Shown: positions 23,290-36,501 of the stretch, piece after piece
Position numbering within the stretch: the stretch's first letter is position 1
Layout: each line of letters begins with the position of its first letter
Assembly (NCBI GenBank): GCA_910592345.1
Contig: CAJVPI010000233.1
Location: 1 to 40,607 of the forward strand
Direction: 5' to 3'
DNA: 40,607 nt
Origin: Paraglomus brasilianum
Lineage: Eukaryota
Program-made: the position numbers and the translations under genes
The notes under the pieces: generated by a model
What the model saw: the letters and a program-made list of their open reading frames with translations, nothing else
The model's database searches: none
Told to the model about the DNA's origin: nothing

Positions 23290-25849
23290 CTATTGAAAAG
23301 AAAGCACAACTAGTGCACCAGCAGTAGCACACACGATCCACTCCCTTGACATTTTAAAGCACGTAAGACCTCCTTTGACATAAGCAATGGCCTGTGGTGG
23401 CTTAAATAAACAGCATGTTTTTTGTTCATAGCTCATGCAATCACCTGTCTCCCATCCATATGCGCACTCTAAACTCCTATTACATCCAGCTGAACAATTG
23501 AATCCTTGGTTCAAAGTTCGAGCTCGTATAAAGCCATCTGCGGAGACACTAACAAGCCTCTTACCGTCACACTGAATATTCCAGATAACATCCTGATGAT
23601 CAATTGCTGAGCCTAGTAGCTGTCCAGTAGACAAGTCCCACATGCGAATAGATCCGTCCTGAGAAGCAGAGAATATATGTGTTGTATGATCGTTAGAGGA
23701 TAGAGGTATCGTGGGACATGGATGAGTAGGAGTCGTACTAACACTGACATAGAGCGAGTCGGTTTCTGTTGGTGTAGATACAATAGTGTTGTTAGCATCG
23801 GGACTCGGTGGAGGAGATCTTAATGCAGAATTGGAGGAAGCTCCGTCCTTAATCAAATGTTCCAATCTGCCTCTACGTTGACAATGCTGATGTTCTTGTT
23901 GACTATAAACTTCGTTGTTGGTTTCAATACTAGTTGCACTTTCAATTACCATATCCTGGTCGTCATTTTCGACGCTTGTTTTAACTTCTGCATCCAAGTC
24001 AACGTCCACATCCATCTCCTCCTCAACTTGAACTGACGACTCCTCCCGGCATTTTGCGAGATTTATGGTAACGAAATTTCTATTTGAATCGTAATAATCG
24101 TACTGTGATACTGAGCGTATGTCTGGTCGAGTAGGTGAAATTGATGTTAGGCTTGTAACTGCTTTGATATGGCCTCGAAGGCGGCGGTGAATATGCGGCT
24201 GATAATTGCTGTGGCTGCGCGATGTTTGTCGTGAATCAGTATTAAAATCCCAGATTATAACAGTATGATCGTTCGAACCTGACACTAGCCAATAAGCAAA
24301 TGATGGCATTACTGTTGTGGGATTAATGGGAGCTCGTGGTATCAACATCAGTGCTCCAACGGTTCCATCATGTTCGTGTAGTGTCTGCAAACATGTACCG
24401 CGCCCGACATCCCATATTCGTATTGAACTGTCCACGGATCCGGAGAACAATAGCGATTCATCGTCTGTCAACGCAAGTGATATAACTCCCGCCGTATGGC
24501 CCATCAACCTAGATATAATCTTGTGTTCATTTCTATCGTAAACAATGATGCATTTATCCCACCCACCCGACGCTAGTATACGCCCCTTTCCCACCACCAG
24601 ACACTCTACAGCATCTCGATGATCTCTCAGCGTAACCAAACATTCGTTCCTCCGCAAATCCCACCCCTTAACCGTGCAATCTGACATCCCAGCATAAACC
24701 GTATATCCGTCGTCGAGTCCAGCTAGACACACGATGCTTTGATGTATTGGGATTACGTGAACGGTGAAGGTTCGCGTATGCCAGTTATGTTCGATTCTTG
24801 CGTAGTGTTTGAAAAGGTGAAAGTAATAGCCATCGGAAGGTAAGGCTATCGGAATTGTTGGTGGCGCGGGTGTAAGAGGGTAAGAATATGTTATGCAGAG
24901 GTGTTGCCAAAGGTCGTTGTTTGTGGCACGGCGATTCCATGACTTGGATACTGTTGGGAGAATAAAGAGAATATTAGTATATTTTTTACATGGTATAGAT
25001 ATTCCCACACCAGCTTACTCGTTCTGGCATCAATACATGCGATCAGAATAAATTAGCATTGTGCTACTCATTCTGGTGGATAGACTGTCTGAAAACAAAC
25101 CTCGTATAAAAAGAGACGAACAAACAAAACAAAACAAACAAATAGGATCATCTCACCGAACAAATCTGACTGGCATCATGCATAATGTTGGCCAAACTTA
25201 TTGGTGAAATGTGAAATTAAGTGAACCGCACTCAAATAAATATTCATACAATATACACAACCCGAATAGCAAGAAAACAAAGGAAGCTAGTCAAATAAAG
25301 TTACTTAAAAGAATTACACAGAGAGGACGTGTGTAGATCAGTGTTTGGTATTTTTAATAAAGATTTAACGATGTGAACAGAGAGAATTGGATATTTGAAC
25401 CATAAACCACATACACAGATATGCTGCAAACTTTTTTGTTTTAGCTTTCCTTTTTATTCTAGACCATATAATTCCCGTCATGTCTAGGGCCAATCGTCAT
25501 ACTCAAACCCCCTCTTATTCGGTCCATCCTTTCTCTTTAGTATCACACCTCAAATCTTCATCGTACTATTATGTCATGCTTCTTTAACTTCTATATATCT
25601 TTTCATTTAATCTATGGTTTCACTCCATATTGTGCTAGTTATATACTCACCCAACCTGGCTTTACAAATAGTAGCTGGATCCAATGACATCAGCACTCTG
25701 ACGGCCAAATTAACTGGCAAGAGCCCTAGTATATCTTTCTTAAGCCGCTGTTCTGCATAACTACGCAATTCAAACAGTTCTGACGGTGAGAGGTTTTCTA
25801 TCGATTGAAGAAGGAATGATAAGTTATTGTGCTGGTGGTGAGGAAGCAT
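23290..25849 (-). CDS. F-box/WD40 repeat protein (~619 aa; exons 25849-25651 and 24950-23290)
   Basis: F-box KDILGLLPVNLAVRVLMSLDPATICKARL|VSKSWNRRATNNDLWQHLC is joined across a 700-nt GT-AG intron. Several WD repeats (SDCTVKGWD, GGWDKCIIVYD, GSVDSSIRIWD, GSNDHTVIIWD, ASQDGSIRMWD). Confidence 0.92.
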
Positions 25850-28308
25850 CTCCCGTTTTGGGATTATCTAACGCTATTGTCTTGATGATGACGTGAAGAA
25901 GGCATGATAAGGATGTGCTTATATAGCCACCCAGGCACGTCGTTGCCACATTTCCCTGGAAACAGAAAGATGTGTTCTATATTGAAAGAATATGGTTTCT
26001 ATACAATAATTGAATGTGTTGGTAACGCTTTCCTATAATTCTTGTCATTAAGTTGCAGCATTAGATGTACCAAAGAATATGGGGTTTTACTGTATGATGA
26101 TATATATATAATGCGATGCACATATAGTAAGCTTAAGGTTATAGTCATGTGGTCGCAGAGATCTTATACCTAAACGATATGAATGAGTATCAAAAAATAT
26201 GTCAAAGGATTATATCACCCATTTTAATCAATTGAGTAAATATATTATATAAAGTAACGATTTCGTAAACAACAATGGACTTCCGATATCGTTAGCGTGC
26301 TTTTTTTGTCTATACTATGTATATTTACAGGGGTAGTGTGCCCCTATAGGCTAACATTCTAAGCACATGACAACAAGCAAACAATAAATGCGGGGATCTG
26401 TTGTAACAAACTAAAGTAGTGTATAGTATGTGAGATGATAGGCGCGTCGTATCCTATCGCCTTATGTAAGTTTTGCACGTGCACTGCTACTAAATGTCGA
26501 CATAGCCGTTGACTGTAATTGTATTAAGAGTTTTGGTTATTAAAAAAGGTTGGATGGAATTAATTGATAAAGAAGAGTTTTTCAATGTAAAGAAACAAAA
26601 AATATATATACATAGAATGCCATGCAAAGTGATGCTCTTATCAGGTTCGCCAGCCAATTAATACGCCCGAACGCCGTAAAATGATATCATTAGTTTGGTC
26701 CATGTCATGTGTGTCGACAAAGAAGGCAAATTGAGACGATCATCATTGGACGGGAAAGCATCATGAACTAAATAAGATGACTGCTGCCATATCGATATGA
26801 TCAACTTTTGACAGCCGTAATACACGCATTGATGTTAACCCTTCCTGAAGCTCTCAACATCCCGCAGGTAGTTAATGAGAAGGCAGTATGATAAAGCTTG
26901 GAATGCGCACGATTAACAATGGGTGTGAAATAGTGGAACATGTTTGTTGGGGCCCGGGTTCATGAATTCTATTGGTGTACCATTCTATCCGCATACCAAT
27001 GCATAGTTATTTTGGCTTCCTTCTTTGTTGAGTGTCAAATTTTTTAGTTTCAACTGGGAACCAGCATCTAAGTACAGGAACACATTGATGTGCCAGCCAC
27101 ATCAATTGAATAGTTATGTATATTATTTATACTATTTTAAAGTACTTGATGCAGTAAATGCTCTATATACTGCATTTATTTTAGGCCCTGTGTTCTACGT
27201 ATTTGCACATTGATTTTACTCCACCGGTTTGCATATTTTCAGCCAATAACGCCATTACTGTTATGTAACCTTGTTGTCGCTTACATTCTTATCAGCAAAA
27301 TTGAGATCCCAACTTGTATTCATTACAGGTTTCAACACTCTAAATTCCGGACTGCAAAGCATGGGATTCTCGTCTATTTGGCATTGCATGTGAAAGAACT
27401 CAACAAGGTTGGGTTTTAGATAATGTAGTGATATTCTATGAAACAATATGCATAGCAGATTATCAGTTTCTCGAGTTATCACCGCATGCGCACATTTTAA
27501 CGCTGTATGCAATCTGCAACAAAGACATGTTGCATCAACTTCTATCACATCACGATAACTCCAATAAGAATGCTTGTAGCAGGCTCGTTAACAATGCATC
27601 ATCGACGTAGTGCATATACATATCTAATCTACGATTACACGAATAAAATACGACTATTATCTTACAGGCATAATTATTACACCAAACTATTCATTATTTC
27701 CACATCAAAACTATTGTTCCGAACATTGAGTCTGCTAGTTAAATAAGGCTTTGCAAGACATATCGTCTAATAGCATTGTTTGCATCAAAACTACGCGATT
27801 AGTTGTCGTAAACTTGTTCGAAACTTCACACCGTCAACATATCTTCTTCAAGTCGCAAGTCACGATTCTAGCTATTGTGACAATTCCCACGCATATATTC
27901 TTCAGATCGACGCACGTGGGGTGTCGTTAATGTCACTTAAAAGTTCGATATGCCAAAGTATTCCATCGAATCATACGATCATCTGTCAGATGATGTCGAA
28001 TGAGCATGTAAATCCACATGGAACTGCAAGGAGTTGCAACTGTAACACCATAACGTAGTATCACAAATATGATAGGCTTTTTTGCTAGGGACCTCGGATA
28101 AAAATATTCAAAATCGAAAGTTCTTGGACGTCTATTTTTACATTCGCTATTTAATCCTTGGTTTTCGGGGTTTGATTATTCTAATTCCTATTAACGCAAC
28201 CCATTAATTACTTCTGATTCTAGTAGTTGGCATTATGTGCGCGGTTCTCGTAATAAATAAAGTTCTCTGTTCGAATTAGTCTATTTTGAATCTTTATATT
28301 ATTGGACG

Positions 28309-28740
28309 AGGCACTCTTGATAAGTTGGATACTCGATAAGCCGGATTTGGCTTAATTCGGATAAAATTTTTCGACTATTCGATAAAATATAAAATCACCC
28401 TTTAAATCGGCTTATTATTATACAAACGAACTCTCGATAAGTCGGACCACCTGATTTTTGAAAGAATCTTTACCGTTTTAGTAAATACAACACAATAAAT
28501 TATCCAATAATCGTTTTCGTCATTTTGCTGCAGTAGAAAAAGAAGATGAAGAAGTAATACGGTTGTTTTGGTGGATCAGTAATCTCGAGAATGAATCTAA
28601 AACATCAAATAGGAAGAAAGCGAAATGCATTATTATTATTGCTTATTAAATAAAAGGGGGGGGTATTTAAAAAATTATGAAATTTGATAGTCGGATAAAA
28701 TCTCCGCCTCGACGAGTCCGACTTATCGAGAGTGCCTATG
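28309..28740. mobile_element. pogo/Tigger-like MITE, degenerate
   Basis: Inverted repeats AGGCACTCTTGATAAGTTGGA (28309-28329) and TCCGACTTATCGAGAGTGCCT (28717-28737). Right end is followed by ATG-TA. Internal CTCGATAAGYCGGA repeats. Confidence 0.75.
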
Positions 28741-30226
28741 TATATACATTGCTGTACAAATATTGCAGTTGCTCATACGTCAAACCAAACGTTAGTCTTG
28801 GCAAAGTCTTCTCTACGCATGTCTAAATAACAATTTAAGTAAAAGTTTATAGGCATAAGACAAAGCGATTTGATAGCAACCAGTGCGTTCCATTTCTTTT
28901 GTGCACAGCAGTGTTCAAACAAACTTAAATTATAACATTAGTTAGAACTGTTTTCAATAATATATAATAGAGAAACTACTCTCATTAAAAAAGAAAGTTA
29001 ATACAAAGTTTATTAAAACCTCAAGGCGATTTAACTTGTAAACTAAAAGGCAAGTACACACGGTTTTCTGGGTATTTTTTTCGGAATAGAGTGCGTGTCA
29101 AATAAAGGTTAAATGGGGGCTTTTTTTTTACAATATCATCTTTCGTAGAGTAATTCAGAATAATAAAAAAAAAGCGCTTATATTAGTATGTGGTCAAGAT
29201 AACGGAGGGAATGGTAATAAGATACACTATTAAGTCGCAACAAGTAAAGATTTTATGCTTTTCTAACAATTTTTCGTTGCGCAATCAATAACGTTATTTC
29301 GAAGACATTTTTCGCGCACTGTACTATATATATCGTGAGTTGTCGAGTTATTCGAGAAATACAGGTCACAAAACGACAAATGCATAGTGTTGATAAAAAT
29401 TGTGACATTTCTGGGTTAGGGAAGTGGATTTCTATTTGTTCGCAAACTGAAAGACAATTGCAATAATGTAGTAGATGTAGTTTTTTGCTAACATTGTAGC
29501 TACAAATTATTTAAATTTAAATTAACGAGACCAGATGGTGAGGGCACTCATGTCATTCTGGGATAAAATAATAAACTTATAAATACCACTAGTTCTCGAA
29601 GTTATGCATAATATTAAAAACGCGCGGAATTCCTTTGCCGCTTTATTTCGATTGATAGGAAAAGAACCATATTTAAAAGTTACCGCTTGCTAAGAAAGGA
29701 ATTTATGATAATCCAGTATCATTGTAGCGTATGACGTCAGTTATTGTAATACGTGATTGATTTGATTGGAGGTGAGTCAAGAAACGAAAGCTATATCAAT
29801 TTTACAATTAACCCAAATTCAAATAAAAGTATTTACATAACAGACTTTTCCTCCCGAAATTGATATCTGATGGGATTTTTATTCAATTAACCATCCCACT
29901 TCCCAACAGCCTGTCGCATTTCTTTATCATATTATTCCATTCGGTAGAGAGAATGTTCCACTTATTCATTATTCAACCGCAAATAACTCTAGAACGAGAT
30001 TGCCGAAGTTTCTCTGAAAACGCAATGGGAGAAATATTAAAGTAAGTTTAATATTCGCGATGAAATTGACTGATTAATCTAAGAAGAATCGAGTCTTTTA
30101 TTAATTATCAAGCCGTAAACCGCATACATCATTATGCATCAGTGTGACACTAATATAGTTATATTTGGTAAAATATTTAGGACCAAATATATAACGATGA
30201 AGTGATAAGAGATCTAGCAGTCAACT

Positions 30227-33200
30227 ATGATTGATACTATTAACAATTCGAGTGAAGCAAGACGGCAGGAGCCCGCTGAAGATGGTAAATGCAGGAAGGA
30301 AGAGTGATTTCAATACATACATTAATAGCTGATTGAATTAATTGCCTATTATTGACTTTTGATTGCTTGCAGTCATTGTTCATGGCCGGTTTAGAATCGT
30401 AAGAAAATGCGGTCTCGGATCAAACCACCACGTTTGGAAAGCCAACGATTTGAAGTCAGATTCAATTGTAGCATTAAAATACTACAACAACTTCAAGACT
30501 TTCGCCAAAGAAGAGCGGTGTTTATCCGAATTGCGTGGTGTTGAAGTTTGTGTCTAATTGTACAATATGTATTCGGAAACTTGTATGATACCTGCAAGAT
30601 GCTTATGCATGAAACTTCCCATCTTAATATTGTAGAATGTGATACAGATATTTGAACCATTGACGCTAGAATTGGTTATTGCTCTTGAATTTGGACAAGT
30701 TGGGTTTTCCTTTGAGCTTGATTTCGCGTACGATTGAATTGGAGACATTGAGAGCTTTTATTGACTAATTGATTGTCGACAGTATGATCTAGGTACAGTC
30801 ATGCATTATCTCACTGCCGAAGAACGACAGCAAGAGAAATCCAGAATGATTCGGGTTAGTATACGTCAGCTGATTCGATGTATGATTAACGCCTGTAGTA
30901 TGATCCTGCAAATAATTCTGATATATGTATATCCACCTGTAGCATATAGCAGCTGGATTGGGGAATATTCACTTAAATCGGATAGGTAAGAGCACTGATT
31001 CGAGAACATCATTTGTGATAACGAGATGTCCCTGAACGTGAATTTGCACTTTAGTTCATTCTAACTTGGCACCCGGAGATATAATGTTATTTAAGAAGGG
31101 AGAGCAGAAAATATGGAAGTTGGTTGATTTTGATTCCGCGTGTTTCGAGGATGATAACGTTGAAGTGTCATTAACAAAAATTGATTATTGCAGGTATAGT
31201 TGGATGCATCAATATTCAATTTCAATAACATTCCCGCATGTAATTGTATCTTGGACATGTTTATGATTAGCAGCTAACGCTAGACAATTCACAATTTACT
31301 ATATTTATTTCTTCTATTTTAGTCCTGAACTAATCAGAGCAGAATCCAGTAAAAAGTCTCTGCCTGCCAGACCTTCACTAGACATGTTTTCATTTGGGCT
31401 TATAATATACTTCATAGAAACTGGATCACACTATTTCAAGGAAAAACTTCTCGAGCAAGTAGAGTTATTGAAATCAAATAATGAACTTGAAATACATGAA
31501 ATAACAGACAGCAATACTCGAGAGATTTTAAAAGGATTACTAAAAAAGTCTGCGACAGAGAGAATGGACATGGCCACATTTAAGGTATAGCAGTATTTGA
31601 TCGTCCCGTATCAATATCTACTCACACCACGTTACAATGTTCTAATTATTGACTCAATTATACGTACAAGAGCTCCGAGTACTTTCGTGGATTGGAACAA
31701 GGCAATGCCATTGAGCGATACACACAAAACTACCAAGGTAATGTCGTTGAACGATGCACATAAATCTACCGTGGCTGCTTAATAAACAATGGGTAACTAT
31801 ACCTTTGCCCTTTGGAATCACTGCAGCATCTAAGAGTGACCGAATTGCAAACGGAAACACAAACGGCGATCAGTATCAGGTATTACCGACTTAACATGAG
31901 CAAGTCTAAATACTTTCCCAACTGCATGCTGATCTATTTGGTTTATCCAGCTCTTACCAATTCCATTAAAAGAATACGATGGAGGCCAGCTGGATAAATT
32001 GGAAGAGAAGTTTGACAAAATGTTTGATAAGCTTGACAACCTGCTTGATATATGTCAAGAGCTCAGTGGGAACATTCCACGATGGGTAAGATAAAGACAT
32101 CAGATATTTATGTCAATAAGTACCGCATTACTCAATAATTCTTTTTTTTTATATCATAGCTAGCACAATTGAATAACCAGAAGATTCCGCGTTTATTCGT
32201 CTTACTTCCACAGCAGAAAGATTGGAGGTTTCCAACGTAAGTCTTCTGTTATGAATTGGATATTCATATTGCGCGTTAAGACAGTTGTCCAATACTTCTT
32301 TCGGAATTTAACGGTTGAATAATTTGCATTTTAGGAATTGGATGTCCAAACCATTTCTACTGTATTTTGTCTGTGAACATGAAAATTGTTGGCATATACC
32401 AAAAAATTCAGAAGGTTACGAGCTCAAAAAAAATTCAGAATTTATCCGTAAATATGGGAAATGGATTAACATAGGGTAAGGATGACAGTTCTAACAGCAA
32501 GTATTAACAACTTTATAATGTATGTTGTGATAATGCCGCGATTGATAATATTAATCTGATCGATGCCTTGAATTTATTATTCCAGCTTGCAATCACTTAC
32601 GATGGCATTAAAAGTAGTTTCTTCAGGAATCTTTCCAATAGATATCTCGGCTATGCTTGCCACGGTATTTGATATACACGACGATGCCGATATCAGTAAA
32701 TATCTCCAACAGATCGCAGACTCTATGGAAATATGGAGCACCACGATGGAGGATCCTAACCCTGAATTCCAAGCCGTTGATCAAGTAGAGGGGGGAAAAT
32801 TCCAAGTCATGAACATGGACGGTCATCGAGCGCTCGAAGCCTATATCAACAATATCGACAGCACTAGATCTTATGGTGGTCTGATCCAAGGATATCATTA
32901 TAGATCAAAGAAATTCTTATGGATTTGCGAAGAACATCGACACGAATACGATTGCGGAAGCAACAACGATTCGGTACAACCACTTTCCCCACGACCACTT
33001 TCTCCACAACCACTTTCTCCACAATCTGATTCAAACTATCCGTTGCCAGTTCCGCCTGTTCAGACTGAAAGATCTTCATTAAAGTTCTTTTGGCGCGGTC
33101 AAAAGGTGAACGTGGAAGACGTAGAAGCAAAACTCTTATTCGAACCATACAACGAGGGAATTGTAGACAAACTAGTGATCAAAACGAAGGTTATACTCTA

Positions 33201-34869
33201 TGATCTTATTCAAAATGCTGGAAAGACTAAACACAGACGAAGATACAGAGACCGAATAGTCGATTTTGTGAATGACGCTGACTATTACTTGACGACATTA
33301 GAAAATCGCATAGAGATTTTCATTGAAAGGGAAAAGAAGTTTCTTGCGTACGCCTTAGAACGGTATATTGGAGTGTTGCTGTATTTGTTGAAATTTTTGG
33401 CCCGCTTTAATTCTGGTAAGCATTGATGTAAAATTGGTAGTCTCGATTTATTCCCACTAAAATGCCTTTTAAATTACAGTTGATGAAAACGACTACTTTA
33501 TGAGAACAGCGAATTTATTCACAGCAAGCAACGCTTTTCACGAGTAAGATGCCGCTTTCATCGTCTTTGTTTATATTATCCATTGCGATTCTAACGAATG
33601 TGCATTATCCATACAATCAATTCTTATTCAATACGTCCTCTACAGAGTTTATGATCAAGGCTTAATCTTTCACGCCTTTTTTCACCAAATTCTCGTCCTG
33701 AGACGTAGCTCATCCTTGTCGTCCCTTTCCACAATGTCCACTTATCCCAAAACCCAAAAGCTTATACCTACTGGCTACGATAAGTGTTCTTCTGATTACG
33801 CTTCATTTGCTGTTTGGGCTTCCACGCTTCAATGGTCAGACCAACAATGGCCCCCCGAAAAAATTCTAGTCGACAAGTACATCTCTTCGTCCCAAATCGA
33901 CGTAGCTGATAAATTAATCATCCGCGAGACAAAAGGATCCTTCTTTGCGGTAAAACGCACTATTAAAGGTGTCTCGGAACCTATAGCAGAAATAACGTTG
34001 AAAAATTGTGGGAGCGATGAAACGTTTTCTGCAACTCTGAAATTGGTTTACATGTATTGGCAATATAAACTAGATGAATGTGATTATATAATACAATTTT
34101 ACGGAATCACGGTTAGGGACTGTCGCTTATGTCTCCTATTTGAATGGGCAGAGAATGGGGACTTGTTTACTTATATGGAGACGTTTTCGAATTTGCCTTC
34201 TTCATTGAACGTGTTGTTTGACTGGAGGGAAAAGATTAGGATTTCATACGAGATTGCCATGGGGCTAGCTTTCCTTCACGAGGTGAATATTTTATGATTT
34301 GGCTCTTGTTACTATTTATTAAACCTCGTTAACGCACCAATTCTTCCATTCTTAAAAAATAGCGTTATATTTGCCACCTTGATCTTCGATCAAGTAACAT
34401 CCTATTATCCTATTCTCCCGATTCCAAACGTCCAAAAGCAAAACTAACAGGCTTCCGCTCAAGTAAAAAAATGACTGACCGTAACACCACCAATATTTCC
34501 ATTGAACCGGCCGATCCAGAACACAAACGCTGGTATTGCCCGCAACGTCTTGTACACTATAATTATCCTTGTGATGAATTTTCGGATATTTACAGTCTTG
34601 CAATAGTATTCTGGGAAATCGCGATGGGTACAGGCAAAATCCCATATTCGGAGGTGGATATGTATTACTTAAAGAAGCATGTCCACCAAAAAAACAGGAA
34701 CAAACTGCCCAATGATATACCAAGCTGGGCATCGAGTTATAAAACCTTGGTGGAGAGGATGTGGTCACACGAGCCAGATCACCGGGGTAGGATTAAGTCT
34801 ATTGTCAAGGAATTGAGTATGCTGATGGAGAAGAAAGAGCATTCGTTAACAGTTCGGTCAATTATTTAA
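30227..34869 (+). CDS. tandem (pseudo)kinase: kinase-like / coiled coil / COR-like / MLKL-type helical bundle / TKL pseudokinase, ~1106 aa, 16 exons
   Basis: Exons 30227-30284, 30373-30545, 30636-30698, 30783-30854, 30943-30985, 31055-31193, 31323-31584, 31671-31737, 31827-31879, 31951-32085, 32160-32236, 32335-32475, 32586-33415, 33480-33543, 33646-34282, 34363-34869. All introns are GT-AG, and the joined 3321 nt reads open. Two kinase folds: VALK/HSN/DFD/SPE, and IIQFYG..EWAENGDL/HLDLRSSN/GFR/SDIYSL. Confidence 0.88.
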
Positions 34870-36501
34870 TTAAATATTAATGTAGAAATGTACGTATATG
34901 GTTAAATTTTTTATGGATAATTTTATAAATGGCTGACGCCCATATTGAGAGTTGTATATTTATAATAAATGTGCATAGTTTCGCTGAACAAAGAGGGGCC
35001 GGAGGCATAACAGTTTAGTTAATAAGTTACTATTACTAGCGAATACGATGTCAACCTTTGTAAAGCCGCAAAACTGACTGTGAATATTCAAAAATTAATA
35101 ATTAATATACTCTTCTACTATAATCCATCAAGATTACTCGACAATCTTATTCTTTTCATTCTCTCTCCGCTTTGAGAAGCTTCGTCACTATTTAGGTCAA
35201 CAGAACCACACGAAAAAATGGGGCACACGTCAGTGTTGGGATTCGTTCGGGTCACTGTTAAGCCCGGTCCATTCATTAAATCGCTTGATAGTGTCTCAAT
35301 AAATACAGCAAACTTAAGGTCAGTTTTTGAAACTACTACCACGAGACATCGTTCATAGATGAATATCTATCCCCATCATTCGAGAACTTCAGTCCCTTTT
35401 TACCTTCCATTTGGGCTAACAATGGGCATCAAACCTTGTAATAGTGATACAATGTCTGGTTGCTCCTTTTGTCATATAAAAATCCCTCCTGAATTTAACC
35501 TTGTAATTTCCTGTACCCCGAACTTTAGCGGAGGCTTACAACTTGCTGGGGGAAGTATCTTTACCGATTGGTAGTGCCATCGTGTTGAGGTCTTTTCCGT
35601 GTGCAAAGACTGACAGGTAGCTCCGTGACATGAAAACGTTGGTCGGATGGAATCCGCAGCATTATAAACAAGTTATTTATAATCCAAAGGTGTCAATTGA
35701 ACTAAGTATTTTTTTGTTTTCTTTATATTTATTTTTACGGAAGAAAAACAACCAAAATGACATAATTTGGGAAAACTCGGATGAGATTCATTCATTGAAG
35801 GCAAAGTCTTATAAAATTTGACTTGGAATTAGAACTTAACAAGGTTGGTCTCCGTTAATCTTTGATGCAATGACTTCATATTTAGTTTTTGTCGAACTTT
35901 GCTACAATAGGGAAGGCAAGCTAAGCTGTCCACCAAATAACTAGAGATATTTAAAGTAGCGCAACGAGGATTACAGGAATATTCTGATGCAGAGTTTAAT
36001 ATTATGCGAACTGGTATGTTTGGCTTAAATTACTACTACTACTGTTGTTATTATCAGAAAACCGTCACAACGGTTACACACGCTCGATCGGAAAGCCAGT
36101 ACTATCAAGAAGTGCAAACAAACCTCAATTAATAAAGAACGTATGATAATGGAGATATTATAACCGATGGTACCGATAGCTATTTGCAAAATTCTAAGGC
36201 TGGGAATGTGGAAAGTGATGCAAGGATGGAAATTTGGAAATTTGTTCGAAAAATACCGTGAGTGTAGAAATAAATTTAAGTAAACTCGGTTCTAATTGTT
36301 GATTGACAAAGTAGCCAAAAAGTAAGGCTTGGCGCGAACTTTTTGATAAAAAAAGAGTGATCTTTATTTGGATGGTATTCAGTATCTGTTTTGCGCTCAA
36401 AAATCTATCGATAAATGGATTTATACCAGAATTGCGTCGATGCTTCTTCTAACTGGAACTTCGAGGCTATCCAATGTAATCGTCAACAGCAACACATAAT
36501 A

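Noticed and set aside
24951..25008. ORF-track start MGISIPCKKY for the WD40 ORF
   Set aside because: Intronic; splicing from the F-box exon gives a better model.
26700..28060. Cluster of 60-95-aa ORFs on both strands
   Set aside because: Could not assemble a gene or recognise a domain.
35118..35620. Minus-strand coding-like frame with several stops (WG*IFIYERCLVVVVSKTDLKFAVFIETL)
   Set aside because: Probably a pseudogene, but the family is unidentifiable from sequence alone.
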